Assembly: GCF_021869535.1 (NCBI RefSeq)
Contig: NW_026262679.1
Span: 112,034,001 to 112,098,000, forward strand
From: Mytilus californianus
Lineage: Eukaryota
Length of the DNA stretch: 64,000 nucleotides
Direction: 5' to 3'
Of this stretch, positions 38,540 to 52,800 are shown piece after piece. The notes beneath the pieces were generated by a model, which was not told the DNA's origin, ran no database searches, and saw only the letters and a list, made by a program, of their open reading frames with translations. The position numbers were made by a program, and so were the translations under genes. The stretch's first letter is position 1. The number at the start of each line of letters is the position of its first letter.

Positions 38540-39340
38540 TTAAAGGAAACTTATTTCAACAGACAGTCGGTATTCCAATGGGTACTAATTGTACTCGTAT
38601 GAAGCAGAATTCATTCAGAACCTTCTAAAAGACAAAAAGAAAAAGTACCTTGCGAAATTCTTTGATTTTACTTTCAGATATATTGATGATATCCTATCAT
38701 TGAATTACCCATATTTCAGCCAATTCTTACATTTCATATATCCCAGTGAACTTGAAATTAAGGATACTACTGATACTAGAAGGACTGCTTCTTACCTCGA
38801 TCTTTTCCTCAATATTGACACAGATGGACGACTTCACACGAAAATCTATGATAAACGAGACGATTTCAACTTCCCAATTATCAATTTCCCATTTCTCAGC
38901 AGTAACATACCCGCTGCCCCTACGTATGGTGTTTACATATCTCAGTTGATACGTTATGCTCGTGCATTTTCACACTATACAGACTTTATATACAGGAGTG
39001 TGCTCCTAACGCAGAAACTGCTCCAACAAAATTATGAGGAGGACAGATTAAAAATGACACTCCGTAAATTTTATGGACACCATCACGTTTTGGTTGATTC
39101 ATACGATGTGTCTTTGTCCAAACTAACAAAGGACATTTTTACCACGTGTTAGATTGTGGTTTGCCATTACGTCGTCTGATCTTTTAAGTACCGAACGTGA
39201 CTTATTCCCGGTTGTGACTGTTTTGCTGAGTGTGAATTCGCATTGCTATATTTTTCTATCCAAAATCCATGTATTAAGTTTTGATGTTATATTTGTTATT
39301 CTCATCGGATTTTGTCAAATGTCTTATCGTTTGTAGTTGT
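38540..39340 (+). pseudogene. 5'-truncated family-2 PLE: RT C-terminal half with open frame, plus 3' UTR
   Basis: QQTVGIPMGTN (short deletion) YSYEAEFIQ..FRYIDDIL..ASYLDL..YDKRDDFNFPIINFPFLSSNIP..YGVYISQLIRYAR..stop 39152. Confidence 0.9.
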
Positions 39341-39770
39341 AGATTTTATTTTTTTCTGTTCTATTCGTGTGTTACGGTAAGGATAATTAATCACCCAGTT
39401 CATTTATAAGATTTTAGTTTGGGTCAACTAAATTTATGCGATGTATTTGGTTCACAGTTTGATTTAGAAGAAATACCGACATAGCTTGATAATACAATAA
39501 TTATATAATTACTACCACAATTTTATATTAATGAGTATTGTAATTTTCATTGTTATTAATACATGTTAAATCAGTATTACAAACCTAGTCTTGAACTCTA
39601 TCCTATTTTTTGGAAATTTATAGAAATTTAAATGTGACGTCAAATTGTGCGTCGATTTCTTCGGCTAACATACAATACGTTGTTCGGCTGTGTCTTTTTT
39701 ACGTGCTGATTTAGGTTGTTTTACGTATTTGTTTTTAGTCTATCGTTAGTCACCACATCGGTGTTAACAT

Positions 39771-40035
39771 GTATATCTATTATTATATAGTCATTTTTAT
39801 AAATTTACTGTTTGCAAAAGTATGAATTATTCTAAATACTAAGAATTTTCTTATCCCAGGCATATAACCTTAGCCGTATTTGGCACAACTTTTTGGAACT
39901 TTTGGTCCTCAATGCTCGTCAACTTTGTACTTGTTTTGGCTGTCGAACTTTTTTGATCTGAGCGTCACTGATGGGTCTTATGTTGACGAAACACGCGTCT
40001 GGCGTATTAAATTATAAGCCTGATACCTTTTGATA
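39771..40035 (+). mobile_element. Partial family-1 retrozyme with a near-intact hammerhead at 39962-40005
   Basis: Matches the reverse complement of 60333-60610. Hammerhead gcgtca-CTGATGG-Gtc..gaC-GAAAC-acgc-GTC-tggcgt has A9 changed to G. Confidence 0.85.
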
Positions 40036-40039
40036 GCTG

Positions 40040-40400
40040 TTATTTGTGTGTGTGTCTGTTCTGTATGTTCTCCCATTTACTTGTATTGTAGTCCTGTCAT
40101 GTAATCTTGACATTTTAATGTTATATTTAACATTGCCATAAAAGCGGGAGGTTTGGCTAGCCACAAAACCAGGTTCAACCCACCATTTTTTCTTAAAATG
40201 TCCTGTACCAAGTCAGGAAAATGGCCATTGTTATATTATAGTTCGTTTCTGTGTGTGTTGCATTTTAGTGTTGAGTTTCTGTGTCGTTGTTCTCCTCTTA
40301 TATTTGATGTGTTTCCCTTAGTTTTAGTTTGTAACCCGGATTTGTTTTTTTCTCAATCGATTTATAAATTTCGAATAGCGGTATAATACTGTTGCCTTTA
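40040..40400 (+). mobile_element. HINE-like repeat copy
   Basis: Near-identical to the 3' part of the insertion at 18275-18743, with the same palindrome and T-rich end. Confidence 0.75.
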
Positions 40401-42894
40401 TTTATATACTACTTGCTATCTTGTTTTTGGTCAAGAGTTACCACTAGTTCTCCGATTTACTTTGCTATGGGTTTAACTATTGGAACTAACTATGGTCATA
40501 TCTGTTTGACCCAATTTTGTCAATATAACGGATTTATAAACAACTGTCAAACAAGAGGGAGATTTTGCATGCTATAAAACAAGATTTCATCCACCATTTC
40601 TTCGGAAAATGCATGTATCAAGTCAGGAGTAAAGAAGTTGTTTTTTAACTTGTTTCGTTGATTGATAGTGTTTGATTTTGTCAGTTTTTATGGACTTCCC
40701 CTTTTTTAATTTGCCTTGGAGTTCGATATTTTTGTTATACTTTTTTTTTTTTATCAAAACCGTTTTTCGAATTTATGAAGAAATAGGTTTCACACACTTT
40801 ACAAAAACTATGATACACCTTCATTGCCTACATTATCAAGGGCACGATATAACATGGAAGATAATATAACGAAAAAAAATAGTTTTCGGCGTCTGCTATT
40901 TTTGAACGATATATACGCACGATACTTTTTATCAGAATGATACGAGTTTAACTTGAGACTGACTGAAATAAGATCGAAACCAATGCGTATTTATTATGAC
41001 GCCGACTTATTCAATACGACGTGACGTTTTCTATGCTCTCTATTCTTGGCACAGTGAAGAACTTTTCTTTTTATATGTGGAATTTAGTTAACCACTCGAT
41101 AATACTTGAAACATGTGATTTATCTTCAGAAAGGCTAGTCACAATACCTTTGGTTTCTGTCATTATATGTCTAGTACATGTATCCCGATTTCTTATTTTT
41201 TTGTTAAGATAAGCCTGGCCTTTTCAGTTTGATTTAATGTCACACTACTAACCTTTCCTAACACAAATTGAAATAAAACCAGTGACTAAATTATAAACAA
41301 ATGATGCTTGTAATTTGATTCTCCCTATTTATTCCGATAAAGTGAATACAAGATCCGCCAAGTAACGTATCTGCCCTTATACAATAGACACATATTCCAT
41401 TAAATATATCCCATTTTTATAACATAATTTGACATGTCATCAATACAAAACTGACTTCGATATCCTCTTTCTGCATGTTTTGACACGTTGATTGCTTTAG
41501 TCTACTTACTTCCATAGTCATTATATAAACTATCATTATATGTGACCGTCTTCCTCCCCAGATAAGAACTCAATTAACATTAATAGAGAACCAATTTATT
41601 TTTCATATATTTCTGAAAATTACGTCAGACATTTGTGACGATTTTTTAAACCGTAGACCCCTGTTTTTTGGAATTATTTTTATCAACTTATTCACAAGTG
41701 CTTTGTGATAAGCATGTTTTGCTCAAAGAAATAGTTTGAATACTCTGGGCCACATTGCATTCAATTTCAATAGGAAACAATCGATAAATTTCAAGATAAA
41801 GCGACTTGTCTTGTATCTAAAGAATAAGAACCGCGAAAACATATCTTAATGAGTTGAGACATATCGTATCGGTCAAACATTGCAAGTGTTCTCACAGCTC
41901 TGTTGGGTGATGTTTTTGTGTGAGGAGCACGCTCCTGCTAATGCAGCATGTATGGTTTGAACATGCACGAGCGTAACGTTTAAATTGAGATATGTACACG
42001 CCATACTATTGGGTAGAGGGTATGCTACTGCTATTAAGTTTGAAATTGACAACTGGAAAGATAAAACATCACTTTTGTCATGGAATATATAAATAAGATG
42101 TGGTATTAGTGTCAGATTTAGTTTGCACGACAGTCTATAAAACTCTTCATAAAACTACTGAGCAACACGAACTCTACTAAAAGCCGAAGATAATCTCAAG
42201 TTTATAGTACGCTTTTTACATGTTTCCTGTATATGGTTATAAAACCAATTTACATTTCTTTTTTAATATTTTTTTGGAAAAATTGTACTTCTTTAATTTT
42301 TATTATTAAATGTTTATTTCAACTTGACAACCAAATCAAGTTTTTAATATCATATTTTGATCATAATCATTATAGTTCATGAATGGAACTGGGGTTGTTT
42401 TCTGTTGGTTGTCACGTTGTTTGATTCTGGAACTGATTTTTGATTTCGTCATCGTTCACCAGAAGACATTTCCAAATAAGTTAATAGTTCTGAAAAAATA
42501 TTTTGGTGACTTCTAATTTGTATAAAATAAGGTATTTTTTTATCATATAGAAATTTTTTTTTTTGTAATCACCTAGAAAGATACGTGTATCTACATGATA
42601 TGCATCGTACATGAAGTTAGACAAACAGACCAATTCAATCACTGTTCAATATTGAATGGCGACAACGTTAAACTTAACGTCGTCATCATTTCATAGAGTT
42701 AACTCCATGAACCGTGCTTATAGAGCATTCATGGTTAGCCAGTGGACTGTTGTATGAATATGTTTCTGTCTACTTGTCTAAAATGGTGTATTTGTATTTG
42801 TTAACATCCTTGCCCTTTGGTCTCTGAATGATGATTGTCTCAATGAAAGTCATACAACGTTTTCTTAAATTTACATGAATAATAAGTGTGTCTT

Positions 42895-43265
42895 TCTATG
42901 TTGTGATGTTACACTATTGTTTCAGAGAAAGGGTGAAGGTTTGGTACCATTAAAACGTTTAAACCCGCTGCATTTGTTTGCACCTGTCCTAAGTCAGGAA
43001 TCTGATGTTCAGTAGTTGTCGTTTGTTGATGTGGTTCATAAGTGTTTCTCGTTTCTCGTTTTTTATATAGATTAGACCGTTGGTTTTCCCGTTTGAATGG
43101 TTTTACAATAGTCATTTTTGGGGCCCTTTATAGCTTACTGTTCGGTGTGAGCCAAGGCTCCGTGTTGAAGACCGTACTGTGACCTATAACGGTTTACTTT
43201 TATAAATTTTGACTTGGATGGAGAGTTGTCTCATTGGCACTCATACCACATCTTCTTGTATCTAT
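42895..43265 (+). repeat. Solo copy of a family-1-related 3' UTR repeat
   Basis: Contains cctgtcctaagtcagga..gttgtcgtttg..ccgtactgtgacctata and ends gttgtctcattggcactcataccacatcttctt. Confidence 0.75.
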
Positions 43266-46200
43266 ATAAAATTCTTCAAGTTGATATAGGAAAACTTCTT
43301 GTCTTTGTTTTTGCACATGCACTACATCTGCTATCATCGGAACAATTTGGTCTCTAGTAAAAATTTGGCTCATCGTCAATCAATCCACATCTCTTTTTTT
43401 AAAAACCTTTATTTATAGTAACTGACATATAACTTTAAAATGAGAGTTTTAGTTCTGTAAACTTTAAAATTCAACATTTATATGATGCCGTTTTTGCAAA
43501 TACTGTTTATTCATAGGGAAGGCTTTGCTTGATTTAACACACGAATATGACATTTGCAATGAAAGTGTTCCATGTCTTAAGATTTTGATATTTGACTGAC
43601 GATGATATTATTATATTCTGATTTTACTTAAATTATCTAATGGTAATCAAAACTAAAACTTCCTACTTTTTGACTCTCCAATGTGCTGAGGATCAGTGAC
43701 AAACTTAAGACCTTGCATGCTTGGTATAGTGATTTTATTGTTAATGATACCATTTAAAGTCATTACCCTTTACAGTCCAGTTTGCTGAAAACAACAAATT
43801 TCTAAATAGTAAAAAACAAGTCTCTTAAATAAATTTTGCTTGTGTCTAAATTGCAAAACTCATAAAACAGTAGCAAGGAGAAATAAACATTATCTCTTCA
43901 ATCATAAAGTGACAAAACTTATAAAGATCTGCATGCTTTAAATACGTTTTTATCATACATCGTTGTACTTTTGAAAGAAATAAAAAAATAATGAATATCA
44001 GCTGAAGCTTTCTAAAAAATACGATATAACGTAAATTTACAAAAAGAAGATTGAATAGATCGTTAACAATCATATGTAAATAGATTCATATATGTAAGCC
44101 TTATAGATCAAAAGAATTTTACAACATAAAATGTGCGTTCTATATATTCCAAAGAGAAATACAAATTTCAAGATTATATCAGATGAAATACATTAAAAAT
44201 TCAAGACATTTTCATCAAAATACAAATCGAACGACTTAAGAAAGAATCATTCTATTTATTATTGAAAACAATACTTGACAGAAAAATATCAAACAACAAT
44301 TAATCAAATACAGAATTTTGAAAATATTTAATTAAAGAGAATGTAACGTCCTTTGCTGACAAAGGGTCCTAATGATGTTTTAGGAAAAATTTAGTACACA
44401 TTTGAAATATACATGCAAAATTATATTTCATAAATGACATATATTATTTAATTACCTGAGTCCATGAATAAGAAACTTTATGTAATAAAGTTTCCTAAAC
44501 GAATTGAAAATTGTGCATTTGTGTAAACAATTACAATGATAACAGTCTATTGCATTCATCACGATTGTCATAAGTAATGAACACAAGTATAGTTTTGAAA
44601 AAGGATAGCAACGATGTTTAAAATATAAAGGGCTATTATATTGAACGGTTTAGATTAAAATCTAAAAGGACGTGAGTTAATTGCATTCAATGTGCTTGAT
44701 CTGAGGGATAGGGCATGTTATACTGATAATGGTGATGGAAGAACAAATTCAAGAGGAGATGTGTAAATTGAAATAAGTAATACATATTGAAATCACTACA
44801 TGTTGTCTTATGGAATAAGGAAAAACAAACAAAGACATCAAGAGGCAACATAAGTCTTTAACAATTGAACGGTGTCTTTTACATCAAATATATGGACAAG
44901 TTATGAGGTAATTTATATGCCTTTAACTTGCGCATGAAAAATATTTCATATCAAGGAATACATTTCTCTCACGGAAAGCTCTGATTTCTTGTCCGGCTTT
45001 GGTTATACTTATTTGTTCTTTTGGTTAAAAAGCCTTTCCTTTGTTAAAGATAGTTTTTGGATTTTCAAAAAGATTTACCTCGAGTGTTACTGAAGAGACA
45101 TTTATTATCAAGATGTGCATCTGGTGCTGTAAGATTGGTACCGTTAATGTTTTTACTAAATATGGTCCACATATAAAGACAGTAAAGCGATGTAAAGAAG
45201 ACAATGGGACACAATGTTAGGCTATTGAGATTGAAAAAAATAAATCTCAGTCTGATAACATTCATACAATGGAAATACTTCTTAATGTCATAATTGTGCA
45301 ATTCTAAGATAAGAGTTTGTTAAACGTCAATTTAATATCTTTTATTATTATGACACAAGCCGTTTATATATTGGAAACGAATTAGAAGTCTTCCAATGTG
45401 TCTCAAGTCATTCAATGCATAAATAAAATAGTTTTACCTCTGGTAAAGATATAACATGCTAAAAAATGTTTTATTATATATTTTTTTGCACGTTATTTTT
45501 CCTTGAAGGCAAACTACTTTTCTACATCAATCAAACTTAACGGAGAAAAACGCATTAGCGCATTATAGAACGCATTAAACCATAGAAATGGCCTCAGACT
45601 ACACATTATTTTTAAACATAAACGTTAGAAAATCTGAGCTGTCATTAAACACATATCGGGTTATATTGCTTTGATTATAGTTAATTTAATGTATTACATA
45701 TCTCTATTTTAAAGAATCTCAAACTAAAGCATGGGCACACGATGGCAAGGAGAAAAAGAGAGTGTTTTTGAAACTATTTTATCGCAGTGTAATCAATGTT
45801 CCCTGGGTCCAGAAAAAACCCTAGTATAACCAGACTACACGTTCATGTGCCTGTCAAAAGTATGGAACCTTGTAAGTGGTAGTCTTTAAGGTTTTGTTGT
45901 AAAGAATTTTTCGTTTATCATGAACTAGATACTGTGAATGCATTATTATTTGTTGTATACCAACTTTCGTGGATTTATGGGGTAGAGGTAAACCACGAAT
46001 TTAAATGTTCAACAAAATTATCTATAGGCTTGTATGCAAAACACGAAATTAAGTATCTACGAAAATACAATTGTTCTTAAAAAAACCAAAATTGGTACCA
46101 ACGAAAAAAATTAATCCACACAACGTATTATTGTGTAGCAGACTTTCTGTTAAAAACATCCGTTTGATTGTGAAGGAATCTATCGTTTGGGTTTTCATAC

Positions 46201-47129
46201 ATCTAAGCAATATGTCTACTTTACTAATCAACTCATACGATCATATGAGAATATAAAGGTATTTTATATTTTGCCATTCTGATGACCTTTATCATGTAAT
46301 GATTCGCAAGCTTTACAGAACAAAAGCATAAAAAAATACCGAACTGCAAGGCGAATTCAAAATGAGGAAGTCCATAAACACTGACAAAATCAAACGCTAT
46401 TCATCAATGGAACATTGAAAACAACCTGACAAATTCCTGACTTGGATAGTATTTTACGAAGAAAATGGTGGATAAAACCTGGTTTTTATAGCTAGATAAA
46501 CCCCCCACTTGTTTATAGTTCTGTTGTATTGACAAAATTGGATGAGCAACCCAAAAAACTTCTTGTTTTTGCAAATCAAATATTTCTTTCTTTCTTTTAT
46601 GCAATTTTCATTGCAGTATTTATGCAATAAATATCTAGCCAAAACTACAAGTTAGATATAAACTATATTACTTGTTCTAACGCACATCTACAATACGTGA
46701 CTTGGAGAACAGAATTTTGAAGTTCCATGCTATCTGTGTTTAATGCTGTTAAATCTAATGCACACTCATTTTAGATATTTGATGCGTCCGAAACAATTTT
46801 GTAGATTTATCTTTATCTAGAAAGCTAAAACCCCAAAATGTATAGTTAAAAATGAATAAGTACCTGATGTGTTATACGATCAAAGGTGGCCCGAAAAAAT
46901 TAGGAAAATCAGTCCAATGCCAACTTAACCTGACAGAGTTGGAACCTTAGTTAAAGAAACTTTCTACACAAAAGTGCCTTCTACATCAGTTTTGTTATAC
47001 ACTGATTTTGGTGTAAATAGTCATTTACTGTAAGAAACATCCGTTTAAAAAAATCTAAGTTTGATTGAATGCATTTATCTATTTTTTTTTCGAAAAAAAG
47101 TATACAACAAGCACAGTTAAGTCTTCTTC

Positions 47130-47370
47130 AAATCTTGACTTACCTTTAAACATTGACAATGAGGGTCGTTTTGAATTTAAACTTTTCGACTAAACAGATG
47201 ATTAAAGCTTTCCAATTGTGAATTTATAAATTGGAGCATCGCCTGCATTTAGAGCATATATCTCCATGTTGATATGATATACCAGAGTAAGTCTTCCCAA
47301 TAATGATTTCCTTGATAGAGATTTGCTGCTTAGAGAGAATCTATTGAGCCAAGTTTTCTAATTTCAGATC
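47130..47370 (+). pseudogene. Highly degenerate PLE RT remnant
   Basis: DLPLNIDNEG..SFPIVN..AYISMLI..DFLDRDLLL remnants. Confidence 0.55.
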
Positions 47371-48630
47371 ATATTTTTTTTTTTAAATTTTTATTTACTA
47401 GCATTGTGTTGACACAGTTGGTGGTGGACTGTTAGTCCCCGTTTTATAAACTCTGTTGTCAGTACCTCGCCATTCAGACGTATTTCATATATATATATCA
47501 TGTTATAAATTTTTCGTTGATAGATTTAAAATTTAGTCAGGATCTAAGTTTCGTCCTCCCTTGGACAAAGCTGGCCTCAGATGATTTGAGTTTTCTAATT
47601 AACGTCCCTTTTAGTAATATTTTTTAAATTATAGAATAAAAATACAATTAAATTTCATATAAGTATTTATATACTTATATTTTAATTTGATTACATTATT
47701 ATTTTCTTGGTTTTCACTTTTTTTAAAGTTTTGTTCGGTCCAGATAAAGGTGATTCAAGATAAGCCAATCGAACAATTTATTAAGATTTACTGTATTTGA
47801 AGACTTTATTTTATAACATTAATGGTAAAGTGGAAGCCATCGCTTCGAATTTTTTTCCGACGCTAATATGACTTGTTAAACCGCTATTGAACATCTCTGT
47901 AACCGACGATATGTTCCAATAGCCGTAACTACGTGCGCAATCCTGTACTCTATTCTTCGATTATTACATTATCGAGTGCAACTTATCACAATATTAACTT
48001 ATAGTGAGTAAAATCAGATCAAAGGTACCAGGGTTACAATTGTGTACGCCACACGCACGTTTGTCTACATACGACTCATCAGTAGAGCTCAAATAAAAAA
48101 TTGGAAAGCCAAATCAAATACGAAGTTGAGGGGCATCAAAAACCGAAAGTTCCAAAAAGTTGTGCTAAATAAGACTAAGGCAATCAAGACCAAGCGGATA
48201 GATAATTCTTCGTTTATCAAATAATTAAACATCCTATCAACAGTTAACGATCGGTTTACCAAGTAACACGACCGAAATTCCCAGTGAAAGAAAAACTGCT
48301 TATCCATCAGAAGCACCAGAGTTCATCCCCGGTTTATGATGTGGTTCATGTTGATCAATCCAGATTTTTTGTGTAATGATTGTTCATTGTTGCTTGTCGT
48401 TTTGTCGTTTTGCTTCTTGTCCATGGTGTTGTGTGGAGTTTGTTTACGATTTTTGATTGCCTCTTTGGTATCTTCTTTCTGTTTTTGTAAACAAATAACT
48501 TCCCTGAAAACATATATCCAGTGAATGATTAAGCTTTGTCACTTCATAAAGTACTTTTCAAACAGATTAAAAGTAGTATAACTGATTGTTTATCAAATTT
48601 ATTTTTCCATTAGCACCAAATTCACTAAAA

Positions 48631-49510
48631 CAAGTTTGCAATTATTGCGGAAGAAATATATATAAAAAGAATTATCTTAACATTTGTATATTAATGGCAT
48701 TGTATGAGGATACATAACCCCATTTCCTTTTGAGACTGCAATACTTATTGTTAAATTTATGTCATAAGATTATTGTTTCAATCTTTACTCCCACATCTTC
48801 GTTATTTTATGTGATTTATTATATATATCGCCGTCCGGAAAGAATTTATTCCCAACCGTAACAATAACAGAAGCACCTCGAAAAGGAGTTAAATGAATTA
48901 ATGTATCAATATTTTTTTCAAAACAGTTCCTTTTAAAAAAAAGGCGCTTGATTTTTGGATAATGGAATTCTATTAACACATCATTTATCAAAATACATCA
49001 AATCATTTGCATCATATTAAATCCAATTAAATTTAACATCATACACTAAAATACAGTGAGTTAGGGGTCATACAATATGATTAAATCTCATCGGACTTCT
49101 TCAACCTTTTACAAGCATTCTGTCACTTTAGTCAAAGACTTATTGTTTTTAATTGTAGCTACAAATACCTTATTGATGAAGAAGGGACGTGTACTTTGTA
49201 TGTGATTCTACAAAAAAGAAAAACAGGGCCTTCAAATATAACAAGTCGAAGAAATACAGACAACACCATTGTCAAAAGAAAAACGACTAAAACACTTATT
49301 TACGTATTTACTCATTTTTTTGATCAGCATAAAATTCGCTGAAAAGTTTGCAATTATTGCAGGAGAAATATATAAAAAGAAGGATCTTAACATTTGTATA
49401 AATGACTTGTACGAGGAAATATAATCCCATATCCTAATCAGAGTGTAATATGTATTGTTTTAGTTAATATCATAGGATTATTGTTTCAATCTTTACTCCC
49501 ACTTTTTCGT
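48631..49510. repeat. Old diverged local duplication (48631-48800 vs 49344-49510)
   Basis: Shared aagtttgcaattattgc..atcttaacatttgtata..gattattgtttcaatctttactcccac. Confidence 0.7.
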
Positions 49511-49853
49511 AACTGTACTTGATTGATTTTATATACCGACGTCCAAAAAGAAGTTCTCCCTAAGAAAACATATAAAAAGTAAAAAGGTGTGATATTTCAA
49601 GGAGAAAAAAATCCGTAGAAGCTAGTAACTATATGTCATCGTACGGCCTTCAACAATGAACAAACACATGTTGCATAACTACGTATAAATGAATTTATTT
49701 ATCAATATTTTGAAATTTGATTAATATTTTCTGTCAACACAAGGATATGACTACTGAGTAGGTGATACCCCCAGTATGAGACGTTTATTGCCAGTGGTAT
49801 TGACACAGTGGTTGTAAAAATCATCAAAGATTCCAGGCTTTTAATAAGGTACC

Positions 49854-50096
49854 GGGGCCTTGGTGGCCGAATGGTCTACGTAGTCCAACTACTGTGTCAC
49901 TAGCCTGTCAACACTGGGGTTGTGAGTTCGAGCCCCTCACGTGGCAAGTGCACTCTTAATTGTCTAGGTTTATCAGTTTTCCTGCCAAAGGTCGGTGGTT
50001 CTCTCCAGGCACTCCTGGCTTCCTCTATCAAAGAAAACTGACACGAAATAGCCAATAGTGCTAAAAGTGGCATCAAAGACCAATCAATCAATCAAT
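49854..50096 (+). mobile_element. tRNA-derived SINE
   Basis: A box TGGCCGAATGG (49864-74), B box AGTTCGAGCC (49925-34), central ggtcggtggttctctccaggcactcctggcttcctc, and a (CAAT)4 tail. Confidence 0.8.
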
Positions 50097-52339
50097 AAAT
50101 ACCAAAGAAGCGCGTTTTGTTTAATTCAGACTCATTAATGGCATAAAAACAGATAGAACATCAATTTAAGTACGAACTTCCATAAAAATGATAACCAAAT
50201 ATTTCATACAATAATGCCAAATCAAGTTTCGGCCATCTATGTCTTGGGTTCGAATTAATTAAAGACTTTCTAATAATTCAACATTTAGTTAACAGCTAAT
50301 TTACATAGATTGACCATTTTAATAAATTAACGGTACCAAATTTACTGCACCAGGTGCCCATTTAGACAATAAAAGTATCTTCAATGATGCTCGAGATAAA
50401 TCAAATTGAAAATTCAATTCCTTAAACAAAGCAAAAAAAAAAAGACTCCAAAGATGTGAAAATTTTATAACGGGAAATTTCAATCGAACAATATCCGTAT
50501 TTTTATGTAACTACCGAGGTTCTGGCTACTGGGCTTGTGATAGCTTAGCAGACAAACAGTCCACCAACGCAGTGATATGTCATGTCATCACAGGAGTGAT
50601 GGCTTTTGAACTGATGATACCACCAGGTTCAAAACGTCTACCAACAATGACATCAACCCAGTGGTTGTGAAAACTCGCCAAAGATATCAGGCTTATAATT
50701 TGGTACACAGACACACTTTTAAATTACGTCTCCATCAGACTAGTCAGTGGTGCCAAAATGAAAACTGATTAAAAGCCAAATCAATATAGCTGTTGTGGAT
50801 AAATGAAAACGAAAAATCGAAAAGGTTTTTCCAAATCTAACAAAACACATCTTTACCTTAAGGAAGAAAGGAAGAAAGGAGTTATGACTATAAACAATCA
50901 TCAAATATTTCTGGCATTTGTGACGTTAGATGACATTTCCGTCTACATAAAACTCACCAGTGGCACTCGAATCAAAACAGTTAAGAGTCCAAATCAAATA
51001 CCAAGTTAAAAAGCATTGAAAAAAAAACCAAAAGTTATATCAATCTTGCTAGGGCCATCTTAAGTTAGATGTAGAAAGACCTAAGTTTCACCAATAATTT
51101 AACAGGAAAGACAGTTGTTGCTACCTAGGAAAGGATTTTTAATATTTTAGTTGAAATCATTCCCTCAAAAGCTTTACGGACTCCAGCTTGATTTAGATAA
51201 TTGATAGAAATATCTTTGCAACAAGATGACAATAGATAACTTCCGCTTGTCGCTCCATTTTCCTGAAACCAAATATAACTTACCATCGCAATTGTATTGC
51301 CACAGGTAAACGCTAAGTGGCAATAGTGGAACAGAATCAGTTTACCATTGGTAACCTGGGTTCACCAACGGTTTTTTGCTTGTATTTGTGTTTGTCTTTC
51401 CTGAGTTTTCTGTAGACAGTGTTTTGTGAACTGTTTTTATATTTTTTTCCTTTTTTAAACTTCATGTCAAAGAGTGTTTTGGCTCTGCTTTTATCAGTGA
51501 CATCTGTCGTGTTACTCATATTAACGTCTGATCATAAATCATAATTAACAAAATAACAAAACCCGTGTAAACCCTCTTGGCTGCATATTACTTTTAACTT
51601 GACTGAGAGACATATATAGTCATATTGAAAGTACATTAGCACCAAAGTAAGTTTTACAAAACATTCTTGACGTAAAGAACATGTACTAAAGAACATAAGA
51701 ATTAATTTCATTATTCTTTGCATTAGACTAATCAAAGTTATTTTTAATTAATGTAGAGCTTTTATTTCAAGGATAATTAGTTCTTATAGTTTGAGTTGTT
51801 TGTTATGCATGAGATAATTTAACCATTTCAACAAATAAAAGTATGTAAAGCCAGAGCCAATCTTTATAAAATGAATGAAGAAATAATCAGATAAGATACT
51901 TTATTACTACAAACATGTTGATTTTACCTCCTGAATGGTATACCAATTAAGTCAATAAATAATGATTAAGTACCAAAATGACATAAAAAAGGGCACACTG
52001 AAATGTGAGAAAGTCATGGACAATACATGATTTTTTAACAGCCTAGAAAAATAGTTCCGCATTTTTTATGAAAGGAATAGGTTTACGAAGGATTAAAATT
52101 GTCCCTAAGATTTTGATGTTTTTTCTTAAACGGACCAAAATGCTACCTTTTTCACAAAGATTTGATATAATAGAGATTATCAAAATTTTATATTTTCAAT
52201 AATCTGGTTTAATTCAATCAAATATTTGTGTGGGTGTGTAGGTGTTGCAGCCTTTAGCTCATTGCCATATTTGGCATGGCCATAGATGGCGCTCACAGGT
52301 GTAGGGTAGGCTCTATATTGACTTGCTCAATCGTTCGTT

Positions 52340-52800
52340 TTATATGATTGTTAAATGGACTGTTGATGTATGTTCTATAAAACCAGGTTAGATCCACCAT
52401 TTTCTACATAAGAAAATGACTGTATCAAGTCAGGAATATGACAGTTGTTTTCCATTCGTTTGATTGTTTGAGCTTTTGATATTGCCAATTGATGCGGGAC
52501 TTTCCGTTTTGAATTTTCCTTGGAGTTCGGTATTTATGTTGTTTTACTTTTCACACAGTTTTAGCTGCTGAATCCCAATTATTGTCACATTAACCTATTG
52601 TGTTTGTTTGGGTTGCTCACCTAATTTTGTCAATATAACGGAACCATAAATGAATGTCATACAAAGTGGAGGTTAAGCTATAAAACCAGATTTAACCGAC
52701 CATTTTTTTTAAATTCCTGTATAAAGTCAGGAATACGACAGTTGTTTTCCATTCGTTCCGTTGGTTGATAAAGTCTAACGTTTAATTTTGTCAGTTTTTC
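52340..52800 (+). repeat. Two adjacent copies of an abundant HINE-like core repeat
   Basis: aaaaccagg..ccaccattttc..aagtcaggaatatgacagttg..ccattcgtt. Also found at 10335-10483 (+), 40500-40740 (+), 7105-7310 (-) and 46330-46530 (-). Confidence 0.65.

Noticed and set aside
41880-42060. GC-richer stretch with an AG..GT pair
   Set aside because: Too short, with no recognisable protein or RNA motif.
49854-49940. Possible tRNA gene
   Set aside because: The A and B boxes are too far apart with no cloverleaf, and the sequence continues into a SINE body and tail.
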